From Candidatus Nomurabacteria bacterium (GTDB lineage: Bacteria > Patescibacteriota > Minisyncoccia > Phycocordibacterales > UBA918): a stretch of 64,000 nucleotides of DNA. Both the position numbers and the translations under genes were made by a program. The stretch covers positions 6,549 to 70,548 of the forward strand of contig JACKGF010000001.1 in the NCBI GenBank assembly GCA_020632095.1, given 5' to 3'. Below the pieces are notes generated by a model that saw only the letters and a list, made by a program, of their open reading frames with translations, was not told where the DNA came from and ran no database searches. This document shows, in pieces, positions 25,969 through 36,132 of the stretch; the stretch's first letter is position 1, and every line of letters begins with the position of its first letter.

Positions 25969-27201
25969 ATGTCCATGCAAAAGAAATTTCCGGAGAATTT
26001 TTATTGGGGGGCGGCGACAGCTTCTTATCAGGTGGAAGGGGGGATTGAGAACAATGACTGGGCGGAGGCGGCACGCGCGGGGCGCGTGCCGCCGTGTGGC
26101 CGTGCTTGCGACCATTATAATCGCTACGAAGCAGATTTTGATATAGCAAAATCATTGGGACATACTGCCCACCGGTTTTCGGTTGAATGGTCACGGGTTG
26201 AACCAGAAGAGGGTAAGTTTGATGAGGAAGCTATGGCTCATTATCGGCGGGTTCTAATTGCTTTGAAGGAACGTAACATAAAACCCTTTGTGACTATTTG
26301 GCACTTTACTTTACCTCTGTGGTTTTCTCAGTCGGGGGGTTTTGAAAGAAAAGATGCTCCTGAAATTTTTGCTAAATATGCCTCCTTCGTTGTGCATGAG
26401 TTGGGTGATTTGTGCGAACATTTTTCGACTATGAACGAACCAAATGTTTTTGGTAGTAACGGGTGGTTGCGTGGTTCGTGGCCTCCATTTAAACGTTTTA
26501 AATTAACTGATACAGTATCAATTACCAATTCAGGTCGTTCATATGAGGCAGCACCAGATAAAGGTTTTAAGCCTGCGCTCCTATACTTTAGAGTGATGAA
26601 GAATCTTGCTCTCTCACACAATGCTGCTTACAAGGCGATTAAGGAATTTTCTCCCAAGACAGAGGTTAGTGTTGTAAAGCATGTGATTGTATTTGATGCA
26701 AATTGGAACCCGTTCAATAAAATTAAAGCGGCAGTAGCAAATTATTATTGGACTCGCATTTTTATGTATCGGACACACAAAAATTGTGATTCAATTGGTC
26801 TCAATTATTATTTTTACACACAGTTTGGTGACAAAAGAAATTGGAAGAAAACTGATATGGATTGGAATTTTGCTCCTGAACATATTTATGACGCGTTAAT
26901 GATGCTTAGTAAATATAAAAAGCCTCTGTTTGTGTCAGAAGGTGGTGTGGCCGATAGCGATGATTCTGATCGAGCTGAATACATTACCAAACAAGTTGAG
27001 GCAACCTGGCGTGCTATTCAGAACGGAGCTGATGTACGAGGTCATTTATATTGGTCAGGTATGGATAATTATGAGTGGGCACTTGGTTTTGGAAAGCGTT
27101 TTGGCTTAGTTGAGATTGATTACGATACTCTGGAGCGCAAGATACGACCTTCAGCTTACGTGTATAAGGAAATCATTGAGCGGAACGGCATAGTAGAATA
27201 G
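25969..27201 (+). CDS. glycoside hydrolase family 1 (beta-glucosidase-like), short variant
   Basis: N-terminal FYWGAATASYQVEGG, the acid/base MNEPNV (NEP), and a nucleophile region VSEGG in place of ITENG. It carries an unusual GC-rich insert. Confidence 0.65.
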   Translation: MSMQKKFPENFYWGAATASYQVEGGIENNDWAEAARAGRVPPCGRACDHYNRYEADFDIAKSLGHTAHRFSVEWSRVEPEEGKFDEEAMAHYRRVLIALKERNIKPFVTIWHFTLPLWFSQSGGFERKDAPEIFAKYASFVVHELGDLCEHFSTMNEPNVFGSNGWLRGSWPPFKRFKLTDTVSITNSGRSYEAAPDKGFKPALLYFRVMKNLALSHNAAYKAIKEFSPKTEVSVVKHVIVFDANWNPFNKIKAAVANYYWTRIFMYRTHKNCDSIGLNYYFYTQFGDKRNWKKTDMDWNFAPEHIYDALMMLSKYKKPLFVSEGGVADSDDSDRAEYITKQVEATWRAIQNGADVRGHLYWSGMDNYEWALGFGKRFGLVEIDYDTLERKIRPSAYVYKEIIERNGIVE

Positions 27202-27207
27202 AACTAC

Positions 27208-28140
27208 ATGACATGGATTCTATTGGCGACGGCTGGGCAGTTTTTGAACGCCGTGGTGGCGATTTTTGATAAGTATATTGTCTCTGACGAAAAGGTTTTA
27301 CCGCGCCCTTTTGTTTATGCGTTTTATTCCTGTTTATTTACTGGGGGTTGGATTGGAATATTTTTGTTAGGCCTCATACCAGGCTTTAGTGATGTCGGTT
27401 TTCCATCATACGAGAATGTGAAAGCTCCTTCACTTCAAGTGGTAGCTATGTCATTTTTGGCAGCTTACACTTTTTTTATTGCCTTAGTTTCAATGTATGA
27501 CGCTTTAAAGCGTGCTGATGCCACCAATACTATCCCGATTATTGGTGCTGTGTCAGCTCTGTCTTCGTTTGGAATGAGTTACTTGTTTTTGGATGCAAAA
27601 ATCAATGATAATTTTATTTGGGGTATTGTTTTGTTGGCAGTCGGTACCATGTTGGTCGCTCAAACCTTACCAAAAGCAAATGTTATTGTGCAGGTTTTTC
27701 ATAGCGGTATTTTCTTCGCTATGCACTACATTACTATGAAAGGATTATTCCAAGAAACCAGTTTTGATAATGGATTTTTCTGGTCTCGAGTTGGCTTTGT
27801 TTTGTTTACCTTGTCACTTCTCTTAGTACCAGCTTACTATGAAAAAATTCGTGAACAAACGAAAAATACCTCTAAGCGGGCTGGTGTGATTGTGATGTTG
27901 GCCAAAATAATTGCTGGGTTATCAGCTTTTATGCTACTAAAAGCCACCGACCTAGGTGAGGTTTCGGTTGTGCAGGCACTTGATGGTTTACGTTTCGTTT
28001 TTATTCTTTTGATCAGTATTGTTTTTGGACAGTGGCTACCTGAATCGGCTACTGACCGCGATACCAGACCGGATGTTTTCTTTAGACGTCTTCTGTATGT
28101 GGTGGTTATATTAGTTGGCTTTGTGGTGCTGTTCACATGA
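27208..28140 (+). CDS. polytopic membrane protein (about 10 TM, DMT/EamA-like?)
   Basis: Hydrophobicity pattern only. It is embedded in a glycan-enzyme cluster. Confidence 0.45.
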   Translation: MTWILLATAGQFLNAVVAIFDKYIVSDEKVLPRPFVYAFYSCLFTGGWIGIFLLGLIPGFSDVGFPSYENVKAPSLQVVAMSFLAAYTFFIALVSMYDALKRADATNTIPIIGAVSALSSFGMSYLFLDAKINDNFIWGIVLLAVGTMLVAQTLPKANVIVQVFHSGIFFAMHYITMKGLFQETSFDNGFFWSRVGFVLFTLSLLLVPAYYEKIREQTKNTSKRAGVIVMLAKIIAGLSAFMLLKATDLGEVSVVQALDGLRFVFILLISIVFGQWLPESATDRDTRPDVFFRRLLYVVVILVGFVVLFT

Positions 28141-28155
28141 TAGTATAAAGGTAGT

Positions 28156-29184
28156 ATGTGGAAAAAAATTCTCTATGTCGTAATTGGTTTTGTGACCCTC
28201 AGTTCTTTTGCGGTTTTTGTACTAGCCCAGAAAGATGTACCTAAAAACATTACCTACGGCATGTCGTTTAACACCCTCTACGCGAGAGAGTTGGGTTTGA
28301 ATTGGCAAGAAACTTACGATGCTATACTTGATGATTTACAAGTGAGAAATTTACGCTTGGCAGCTCACTGGCCAATGGTAGAGCCGGCCCCGAATGTCTA
28401 TAATTTTGTTGAGTTAGATTATCAGGTTAAGCGAGCGGAAGAAGTGGGGGCAAACGTGATAATGGCGGTTGGTCGTCGGTTGCCACGCTGGCCGGAGTGT
28501 CATGTGCCGGAATGGGCGAGAGAAATTGATGCTAAAGAGCGCGACGCTGCGCAACTACGCTATATGGAAGCGGTGATTGCTCGTTATCAGAGTAGTCCGG
28601 CAGTGATAATTTGGCAGGTAGAGAACGAGCCATTTCTAGAGGTTTTTGCTTTTGAATATTGTGGCAAGTTGGATGAAAATTTTCTTGATCAGGAAATCGC
28701 CCTCGTTCACAAACTTGACCCAACTAGACAAATTTTGGTTACAGATAGTGGTAATCTTGGTACCTGGAAAGGAGCATATTCAAGAGGCGATATTTTTGGT
28801 ACTAGTGTTTACGTTCATTTTTGGAATCCTGAACTTGGACAGTTTAAGACTGTATTGCCACCATGGGCTTATAGGGTAAAAGATAACTTAATGGGTGTGT
28901 TTTATGGCCGGAAACCTTCCTACCTTATAGAGCTTTCGGCTGAGCCTTGGTTGTTAGAACCGATTACTGAAGTTCCTCTAGAAACTCAGTTTACCCGTAT
29001 GAATCTTGAAAAATTTGAGGATATTTTGACTTATGCTAAAGATACCCGCTTTGATACTCAGTATCTCTGGGGCGCAGAGTGGTGGTATTGGTTGAAACAA
29101 CAAGGTCATTCTGAGATGTGGGAAAGAGGTCGAAGACTTTTTGTAAGTGAACCTCTTGATGAAACGAAAGAAGTTCGTGAGTAA
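28156..29184 (+). CDS. clan GH-A glycoside hydrolase (GH5/GH113-like), secreted
   Basis: Signal peptide. VIIWQVENEPF carries the NEP acid/base of clan A (beta/alpha)8 glycosidases. Confidence 0.55.
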   Translation: MWKKILYVVIGFVTLSSFAVFVLAQKDVPKNITYGMSFNTLYARELGLNWQETYDAILDDLQVRNLRLAAHWPMVEPAPNVYNFVELDYQVKRAEEVGANVIMAVGRRLPRWPECHVPEWAREIDAKERDAAQLRYMEAVIARYQSSPAVIIWQVENEPFLEVFAFEYCGKLDENFLDQEIALVHKLDPTRQILVTDSGNLGTWKGAYSRGDIFGTSVYVHFWNPELGQFKTVLPPWAYRVKDNLMGVFYGRKPSYLIELSAEPWLLEPITEVPLETQFTRMNLEKFEDILTYAKDTRFDTQYLWGAEWWYWLKQQGHSEMWERGRRLFVSEPLDETKEVRE

Positions 29185-29202
29185 ATTCGTATTAGGAAAA
29201 GT

Positions 29203-30405
29203 ATGGAAATAGAAAATCAAACAGCAAAAACTGTATTTTTAAGTAGCACAATTACGTTATTGGTTGTTATCAGTTTATTTTTTATCGGGAGGGAGCAATT
29301 TGTGGGATATATACAATCTCGATTGGTTTTGTCTCCGGCCACAAACCTGCCAGAGTCCACAATTTCTTCTAGTCAACAGATAGTCTCTGCAATTGAGCGG
29401 GTCAATCCAGCAGTAGTTTCGGTGGTTGTAACTAAAGATGTTCCGGTTTATGAAAGATATTACGAAGAGGTTAACCCTGGAGGATTTTGGGGTGGTTTTA
29501 GTGTTCCTAGGGTACGAGAAAATGGTACCGAGGAAAAGGAAGTGGGCGGAGGGTCTGGTTTTATAGTTAGTAACGATGGTTTGATTGTAACCAATCGACA
29601 TGTGGTCACTGATGAATCTGCTCATTATTCAGTATTATTAAATGATGGAACTTCATACAAAGTTGATGTTCTGGCCCGCGACAAAGACCTTGACGTAGCA
29701 ATTTTGAAAATTAATGAACCGATTAAAGAGGCTTTGACTTTTGTAAATTTTGGTGACTCTGAGTCAATTAAGCTGGGTGAGACTGTGATAGTGATTGGAA
29801 ATGCTTTAGCCGAGTTTAGAAATTCGGTATCAGTGGGAGTGGTGTCTGGCTTGTCACGCTCAATTGTGGCGGGTGATGGAATGGGAATGAATGAACAATT
29901 GGATCATGTAATTCAGACGGATGCCGCCATTAATCCGGGTAATTCAGGTGGTCCGTTGTTGAACATTAAGGGAGAGGTGATTGGTGTTAGTGTGGCTACT
30001 TCAAGAGGGGCCGACAATATCAGCTTTGCTTTACCTGCTCACTTGGTAAAAGCAGTAGTCGATTCGGTGCGTGAACACGGGGAGATCGTACGACCATTTC
30101 TTGGCGTAAGATACACTGCTATTACAAAACAGATGGCAGAAGACAATAACCTACCTTCAGATTATGGGGCCTTGGTAATCCTGGGGGCGACGCCGGAGGA
30201 AGGAGCAGTAGTGAAAGGCTCACCGGCAGACAAGGCTGGTTTGACTGTGGGAACAATTATTTTGGCCGTCGATGGGGTAGAGTTACGTGACGATAAGGAT
30301 TTGGCTACTATTTTACGAGGTAAGGAGGTCGGACAGGAAATCGAGTTAAAAATAATTCAAAATGGTCAAGAGCAAAAAGTTAAAGTAACTTTAACTAAAG
30401 GATAA
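29203..30405 (+). CDS. htrA: HtrA/DegP-family serine protease with a PDZ domain
   Basis: N-terminal TM anchor. Catalytic triad context HVV, D, GNSGGPLLN, and a C-terminal PDZ domain. Confidence 0.85.
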   Translation: MEIENQTAKTVFLSSTITLLVVISLFFIGREQFVGYIQSRLVLSPATNLPESTISSSQQIVSAIERVNPAVVSVVVTKDVPVYERYYEEVNPGGFWGGFSVPRVRENGTEEKEVGGGSGFIVSNDGLIVTNRHVVTDESAHYSVLLNDGTSYKVDVLARDKDLDVAILKINEPIKEALTFVNFGDSESIKLGETVIVIGNALAEFRNSVSVGVVSGLSRSIVAGDGMGMNEQLDHVIQTDAAINPGNSGGPLLNIKGEVIGVSVATSRGADNISFALPAHLVKAVVDSVREHGEIVRPFLGVRYTAITKQMAEDNNLPSDYGALVILGATPEEGAVVKGSPADKAGLTVGTIILAVDGVELRDDKDLATILRGKEVGQEIELKIIQNGQEQKVKVTLTKG

Positions 30406-30474
30406 AAGTTTATGGGCAAGTTAAGTGAACAAATGATTGAAACTAGTGAAGAGGTACTTAAGAAAACTGAATAG

Positions 30475-30621
30475 ATGGACGATAAGTTGGATGAGCTGAT
30501 CCTTTCAACTAGTCGGTCTATTGATACGTCAATAGAACCAGTGAGAAAAAGTGTTATCAAATGTTTTCCGACCCTCTTTCTTCTGATGGTAACATTCGGC
30601 GCTTCAGCTACTTTTTTGTGA
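30475..30621 (+). CDS. small ORF (48 aa) with a C-terminal TM helix
   Basis: MDDKLDELILSTSRSIDTSIEPVRKSVIKCFPTLFLLMVTFGASATFL. Speculative. Confidence 0.2.
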   Translation: MDDKLDELILSTSRSIDTSIEPVRKSVIKCFPTLFLLMVTFGASATFL

Positions 30622-30802
30622 TTGACAGTTGTTTACTCAGACGAAACTCTTTAACGATAATCCTTGGTTTGTCCTTATGATCGGTATTGGCACATTGGTG
30701 TTAACTGGTAAACTATATAAGAAACTAGAATAATTATGAATTATGAGTTTTTTTAAATTCGCATTTTCTTTTCTTTACGTTAGAGATTGGAATACTGGCA
30801 AG

Positions 30803-30916
30803 ATGGAGCTGTCTCGACCGCGAGTGACTTTGTTGTGTGCTGGAATATTTCTTTTGATTCTTGCTCTAACTATAATCACTGTTTTGCAGGCCAGTGTTGA
30901 GTATGTGTCACCATGA
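30803..30916 (+). CDS. small hydrophobic peptide ORF (37 aa)
   Basis: MELSRPRVTLLCAGIFLLILALTIITVLQASVEYVSP has a single TM helix. Its stop overlaps the next start (ATGA). Speculative. Confidence 0.2.
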   Translation: MELSRPRVTLLCAGIFLLILALTIITVLQASVEYVSP

Positions 30917-31005
30917 AGAAATACTTAATTATTTCAACCCTTTTACTGCTCTTTTCTCTATTGGTTGTGGTTGTGGTTTTCTGGTTAATTTATAATTCTA
31001 TTTAA
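30913..31005 (+). CDS. small hydrophobic peptide ORF (30 aa)
   Basis: MKKYLIISTLLLLFSLLVVVVVFWLIYNSI. Translationally coupled to the preceding small ORF. Speculative. Confidence 0.2.
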   Translation: MKKYLIISTLLLLFSLLVVVVVFWLIYNSI

Positions 31006-31043
31006 ATCGTGAGGAGATTCAGTTAATTAATTAACAAAATTTT

Positions 31044-32405
31044 CTATAGTTCATCAATAAATACTTCAGTCTCAGTTTTAGGCTTAAGGTCTCGCATTGG
31101 GTTATGTCTAACTAAGACTTTGTTATGTAAGTAAAATATGATTGTAAAGATTGCTACAGCAGCGTTCAGATTAAATAAAACAGTTACGCTAGCTGTACCA
31201 AGAATTATAATCATCTCACGATTGGTGACGAATATTTTTTCGTAGTCATGTCTCGAAAAGAAATTCTTTAAAAGTTTTATTGGTCCCCGTTGTATCTCTT
31301 TAAGGTAGAGTTTTACAGGTAACCAGTCAAATACGTCATAGCCGACTTTGAGCAATATTCCAGAAAATACTGCTTGCGGAATTAGGTTAACAAGATCTTG
31401 AAAAATTATCATTTCAATAAAAGCAAATACCCCGACCAAAATTCCTGCCAAACGCATACTAGCTTTCTCTTTTACCATAAGCACAGATCTGATGGTTGCT
31501 TGAGCTCCAGGTATACCGCCCACTAAGGCTACTAAACTATTGGAAACACCTTGAGCCACTAATTCTTTATTAGCCTTGGTCTTTTCCTTGTTCATCTTAT
31601 CAATAACTAATGAAGTCATTAAAGTATCTAAATAACCGAGAACAGCCATTTGGAGAGCAAAAGGGGTTAATAATATTACAAGTCCCCACGTCCATTCTGT
31701 AGGAATTTGTGATGTGACTAAGGTAGTAATGTCACCAATATTTTTGATTGAACCGACTAGCGAGACTCTTTCAATGTCTGGAAATAAGAAGTACGCAATT
31801 AAAGTCATTAAAAATAGCGTAATCAAGGTGCCAGAAAATAGACCATATATCCGAGATTTAGCCTTTTGAACAATTTGTTGGAAAAAGAACACAAAGAAAA
31901 CACTGGATCCTGCCAAAACAATATTCTCCCACATCAACCCTCCGATTGCGGTTTTACCACCTAGACCAAATAGTCTTTTAATCTGGTCTAGCCAGATAAT
32001 AATTGCAATTCCATTCATAAAGCCTGATATGACTACATTGGGAACAATTGTTATGTACTTACCAAGACGAAGAACACCAAACATAATCATGAAGAAACCT
32101 CCTAACAATATCCCCATGTTTACTAAATGATCAGGGTTGACTCCAGGAGCAACATTTAGCACCGTGTCGTGGGCAAGCGCTATTAAAGTAGCAGTGGCTG
32201 CAGTCATTGGACCAGTTGGTCCTGAGCATTGGATTCGAGTTCCTCCCAACACAGAAGTAACGGTAGCAATAAGAGCTGATGACAACATGCCCGCAAAAGC
32301 TCCGCGGCCAGAGAGTATCCCGAACGCTGCGCCTAGACTAAGTGCTACAAAACTAACTGTCAGTCCGGCGACTACGTTTTTTAGAATATCTTTATTGGTT
32401 GTCAT
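31044..32405 (-). CDS. SulP/SLC26-family anion permease (no obvious STAS domain)
   Basis: GILSGRGAFAGMLSSALIATVTSVLGGTRIQCSGPTGPMTAATATLIA and about 11 TM helices. The start is placed at the internal Met (MTTNKDIL). Confidence 0.65.
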   Translation of the reverse strand: MTTNKDILKNVVAGLTVSFVALSLGAAFGILSGRGAFAGMLSSALIATVTSVLGGTRIQCSGPTGPMTAATATLIALAHDTVLNVAPGVNPDHLVNMGILLGGFFMIMFGVLRLGKYITIVPNVVISGFMNGIAIIIWLDQIKRLFGLGGKTAIGGLMWENIVLAGSSVFFVFFFQQIVQKAKSRIYGLFSGTLITLFLMTLIAYFLFPDIERVSLVGSIKNIGDITTLVTSQIPTEWTWGLVILLTPFALQMAVLGYLDTLMTSLVIDKMNKEKTKANKELVAQGVSNSLVALVGGIPGAQATIRSVLMVKEKASMRLAGILVGVFAFIEMIIFQDLVNLIPQAVFSGILLKVGYDVFDWLPVKLYLKEIQRGPIKLLKNFFSRHDYEKIFVTNREMIIILGTASVTVLFNLNAAVAIFTIIFYLHNKVLVRHNPMRDLKPKTETEVFIDEL

Positions 32406-32623
32406 AAGGGTGAGGTTTCGCTTGATAAAAATTTTAAACACCAAATATTTTGGTGCGAGCCAAGTATATTCCTACTTAATAATTTTGTATAATTACAAAA
32501 GGGGATATCTGTTTGGATATGCTATTTTGTTTTTTTAATCATTTAATTTTAGTTAATTTAGATGGGTATATTTGATTGCTTTGCTTTGTAAACAACGTAT
32601 ACTATTTACATTAAATATATATT

Positions 32624-33403
32624 ATGTCAGTTTTTGCACGTTTTCGGGCTTTACCAGATAAAGACAAGGCTTCATTAATCAGGAAACTAGTTGAAAACGG
32701 GACCCCGGATTTTGACTATTTCTATCTGGTCGGTTTATCTACCTTGATGGCTACGCTCGGTCTATTATTAAATAGCGGATCGATTGTGATTGGGAGTATG
32801 CTAATCGCGCCTTTGATGTATCCAATTTTGGGCGTGTCACTTGGCTTGGTGATGATGGAAGAGAACGTTAATTTATTATCTCGCGCCCTCTCAACTTTGG
32901 TTAAGTCGCTTGGGGCTGGACTAGCTTTGTCTGTTATAGCCGCTTTCTTTTTTGGTAGTGATGAAATGTATACTACGGCTGAAGTAATGGCTCGTACTGT
33001 TCCTTCTCATCTCCATCTATTAGTGGCAATGGTAGCGGCTGCTGCGGTAGCGTATATGCTGGCTAAGCCAGAGTGGGGAGATGCTTTGCCAGGGGTTGCG
33101 ATTGCTGTGGCTTTGATTCCACCGTTGGCTGCAATTGGTATCGGAATAGCTTCCCTAAACCCTGTCATAATAAAAGGGGCTACAATGATTTTAGCTCTCA
33201 ACTTATTTGGCATTATTACTGTTTCAGTGGTAATGTTCTTATTGATGAATTTGTCAGAGAAAGGAAAAATAGCTGAATCAACAATCAGAAGAGAAGAAGA
33301 AAAGAGAGTTGTTGAGGATAAAATTATTGCCGATATGACAGAGCAAATTTCACCTAAACCACAATCACAAAACGTAGTAATTAAAGAAAATATTCAAGCA
33401 TAA
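32624..33403 (+). CDS. DUF389-family membrane protein
   Basis: LIAPLMYPILGVSLGLVMM is a signature of the TIGR00341/DUF389 hydrophobic domain. Confidence 0.6.
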   Translation: MSVFARFRALPDKDKASLIRKLVENGTPDFDYFYLVGLSTLMATLGLLLNSGSIVIGSMLIAPLMYPILGVSLGLVMMEENVNLLSRALSTLVKSLGAGLALSVIAAFFFGSDEMYTTAEVMARTVPSHLHLLVAMVAAAAVAYMLAKPEWGDALPGVAIAVALIPPLAAIGIGIASLNPVIIKGATMILALNLFGIITVSVVMFLLMNLSEKGKIAESTIRREEEKRVVEDKIIADMTEQISPKPQSQNVVIKENIQA

Positions 33404-33406
33404 CTT

Positions 33407-34537
33407 ATGAAAAAAGTACCATTTTTGAATTTAGTTTTTTCAATTATCGCTATAACTCTAGCTGGTAGTTTAATGGTGCCAACTGTTCATGCCGAGTCCG
33501 TGGTTAGAATTAACGACGAGGTTTCTATTACTGAAAATGAAAATATTGAGGGTGACTTTTATCCCGCTGCCTACAAAATAAATGTATCAGGTGTAATCGA
33601 TAATGATATTAATGCGGTCGGGGGACAAATAACGGTTAATGGTGAAGTTGGTAATGATGCGTTATTGGTAGGGTTTAAGACAGATGTGCACGGTCCTATT
33701 GGAGATGATTTAAGGATTGTTGGCTATGAAGTAACTATTGCTGAGCCAGTGATGGGCGACGTGTTTGTGATTGGTGGCACAGTAGATATCTTGTCTACAG
33801 CATCAATTTCTGGAGATCTGATTATTTTTGGAGGAAAGGCTACTATTGAAGGTTCTGTGGGAGGGGGTGTTCTTGGAACAGTAAATGAATTAAGGATTGA
33901 CGGTCCGATTGCTGGTGATGTGGATGTCACAGTTAATCAATTGACACTTGGTGATAAAGCTGTTGTGGATGGTAATATTCACTACATAAGTAGTTTGTTG
34001 GCTACTCAAGCGTTGAATGCAACAATTGGCGGTGACTTAGTGCGCAATGACCCTGTAATTCCTGTAAAAGACGTTACTGTACGTACTGCAGTAATGCCAG
34101 TTTTGATATTATTGTTTTCGACTCTCGTGTGGTACTTGGTATCAAGAAAGTCGCTTGATCTAGTTGTTGAGAGGGTGCTTACGAGAAGTTTACGGCCATT
34201 TTTACTAGGTTTTGTTACATTTATCTTCGGTCCAGTAGCTATTTCAATTTTGTGGGTCAGTATAATTGGTAGTTTGGTTGGTCTGGTTGGTCTATTTAGT
34301 TATATCTTGCTTGTACTGCTTAGTTTGATAGCTTTGGCTGCGGTGTTAGGTCAGTTATTGATGAAGGTATTCAATCAACCTTCTTCACAATTGAATCTTC
34401 TGACTCTAGTTGTGGGGGCGGTAGGTGTTATTTTGCTCATGTTACTGCCAATTCTTGGTGTCGCAATATTGTCTGGTCTGGGAATTATTACCTTCGGCGC
34501 GATGGTCGACTTGCTGATTAGACCCAAATTGAAGTAA
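33407..34537 (+). CDS. secreted beta-helix repeat protein (bactofilin/DUF342-like) with a C-terminal multi-TM anchor
   Basis: Signal peptide. Repeated G-D-V/I hexapeptide-like units (GDDLRIVGYEVTI..GDVFVIGGTVDI..GDLIIFGGKATI..) followed by 3-4 TM helices. Confidence 0.45.
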   Translation: MKKVPFLNLVFSIIAITLAGSLMVPTVHAESVVRINDEVSITENENIEGDFYPAAYKINVSGVIDNDINAVGGQITVNGEVGNDALLVGFKTDVHGPIGDDLRIVGYEVTIAEPVMGDVFVIGGTVDILSTASISGDLIIFGGKATIEGSVGGGVLGTVNELRIDGPIAGDVDVTVNQLTLGDKAVVDGNIHYISSLLATQALNATIGGDLVRNDPVIPVKDVTVRTAVMPVLILLFSTLVWYLVSRKSLDLVVERVLTRSLRPFLLGFVTFIFGPVAISILWVSIIGSLVGLVGLFSYILLVLLSLIALAAVLGQLLMKVFNQPSSQLNLLTLVVGAVGVILLMLLPILGVAILSGLGIITFGAMVDLLIRPKLK

Positions 34538-34546
34538 AATACACAC

Positions 34547-35401
34547 ATGATAAATGCTTTTTTCGAGGTCGTTAAAGACCTGTGGTTTTTTGCGTTTGGA
34601 GTAACATTGGTAGAAAAGCCTATACCCTTAACTTTAAAGGCTGGGGATGTTGTTAATGATGCTGTGACAAAGACAGAGGTTAAATCAGAGACCAAAGCTG
34701 ATTCGCGAATTGGTACACCAAAATCCAATTCTCCTTCCTATGCACCCAGTGTGGCGGCAGGTCGACTGGCCTATGTTGTTAAAGATTCAGTTGCCTGTGT
34801 GCAACAGCCGTCACATATTTTTGATACAGTAGTTGGATTTTTGTCTTATGGTGACGAAGTGATGGTGGGGGATATGGGTGAGCGTTTAGTGCATGTCGAT
34901 ACTCCAAAATTTAGTGGCTGGGTCGAGACAGAGGCCTTGTCTGACGACAGAAAGAAGGTGTTTCCAAATCTAGTGCCCGGGTTTAGTTACAATGCTTCTA
35001 GTGAGGAAGCTTTTCGGTTGAGACGATATATAAAAGATGAATTACTTGGTCACGAATTAAGACTTCCTTTGCAGTCAATTGAATTCATTATCTATACTCT
35101 CAAGCGCTCAAATGTGACGATAGCTTGGCCAAACGAGCGTCCGCGGACTCCTGGTACCTGGAAGACTATTTTGCGTGGTGTGGCCGGTGTCTCTATGAGT
35201 ATTGAACCTCATACAGGAGCTGTCTTTGAATATGCCGGTAATGGTACTCCGGGTTTTCTTGGTTATGTACTGGAGGTTCGCCCTGATAAGTCAATTAAGA
35301 TGGCTAGTGTAGGTAGGATCAAGGAGGGTGAATATCTAGTTGAAGAGTTTACCTCTGACGAATGGAAAGAGTGGCGTCCAGTATATATTTCGTTTGCCTA
35401 G
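34547..35401 (+). CDS. hypothetical protein with an SH3b-like segment
   Basis: The SYGDEVMVGDMGERLVHVDTPKFSGWVETEAL pattern resembles bacterial SH3 domains. Confidence 0.4.
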   Translation: MINAFFEVVKDLWFFAFGVTLVEKPIPLTLKAGDVVNDAVTKTEVKSETKADSRIGTPKSNSPSYAPSVAAGRLAYVVKDSVACVQQPSHIFDTVVGFLSYGDEVMVGDMGERLVHVDTPKFSGWVETEALSDDRKKVFPNLVPGFSYNASSEEAFRLRRYIKDELLGHELRLPLQSIEFIIYTLKRSNVTIAWPNERPRTPGTWKTILRGVAGVSMSIEPHTGAVFEYAGNGTPGFLGYVLEVRPDKSIKMASVGRIKEGEYLVEEFTSDEWKEWRPVYISFA

Positions 35402-35436
35402 TCCAGTTTTGCCTAGAGTCAAAAGCTTGGTAAACT

Positions 35437-36129
35437 GTGGGTATGAAATCAGTCGCTTTTTTTGATATAGATGGAACAGTTTTTCGGTCCAGTCTCTTAA
35501 TTGAGCTGGTGGAGAAGTTGGTGGCTGAAGGGATTTTCCCTCATGAAGCTAGTGAGGAGTATATGTCTGAGTGGATGGCTTGGCAGTCTAGAGAGGGGAC
35601 TTATGAGCACTATATAAACGCTATTATTCAAACATTCTTGCGACATATTAAAGGAGTACACTATGGTGATTTTGCTGATGTTGGACGGAGGGTGGTGGCG
35701 GTACAAAGTAAGCGGGTCTATCGTTACACTCGTGACTTAATTCAAAAACTTAAGGCCGAAGGGTATTTTGTGGTGGCAATTTCACAATCTCCTAAGACAG
35801 TGCTGGATGAATTTTGTCGTCAGTACGGCTTCGATAAAGTGTATGGAAGGATTTATGAGATTGGCCCACAAGATAGATTTACTGGTGCAGTAACCGATGA
35901 ACATTTGATAAAAAATAAAGCTAGTATCGTAAAACGAGTGTTTGATAGAAATCCTGATTTGTCTCGAGAAGGTGCTTTGGCAGTTGGTGACACTGAAGGA
36001 GATGTCCCGCTGCTCGAAGCAGTTGATAATGCCATTTGTTTTAATCCTAATCAGCATTTATTTAATTACGCTAAGCGCAAGGGGTGGGAAGTGGTTGTAG
36101 AAAGGAAAGACGTAATATATTATTTATAG
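35437..36129 (+). CDS. HAD-superfamily hydrolase (subfamily IB, PSP-like)
   Basis: Motif I FFDIDGTVF and motif IV GDTEGDVPLL. Confidence 0.75.
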   Translation: MGMKSVAFFDIDGTVFRSSLLIELVEKLVAEGIFPHEASEEYMSEWMAWQSREGTYEHYINAIIQTFLRHIKGVHYGDFADVGRRVVAVQSKRVYRYTRDLIQKLKAEGYFVVAISQSPKTVLDEFCRQYGFDKVYGRIYEIGPQDRFTGAVTDEHLIKNKASIVKRVFDRNPDLSREGALAVGDTEGDVPLLEAVDNAICFNPNQHLFNYAKRKGWEVVVERKDVIYYL

Positions 36130-36132
36130 TCT

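Noticed and set aside
25946-26194. ORFs 25946..26194 (-) and 25955..26146 (+), rich in Pro and Arg
   Set aside because: Both lie inside the GH1 coding region and are products of the local GC-rich palindromic insert. The GH1 frame (25969..27201) has clear family motifs.
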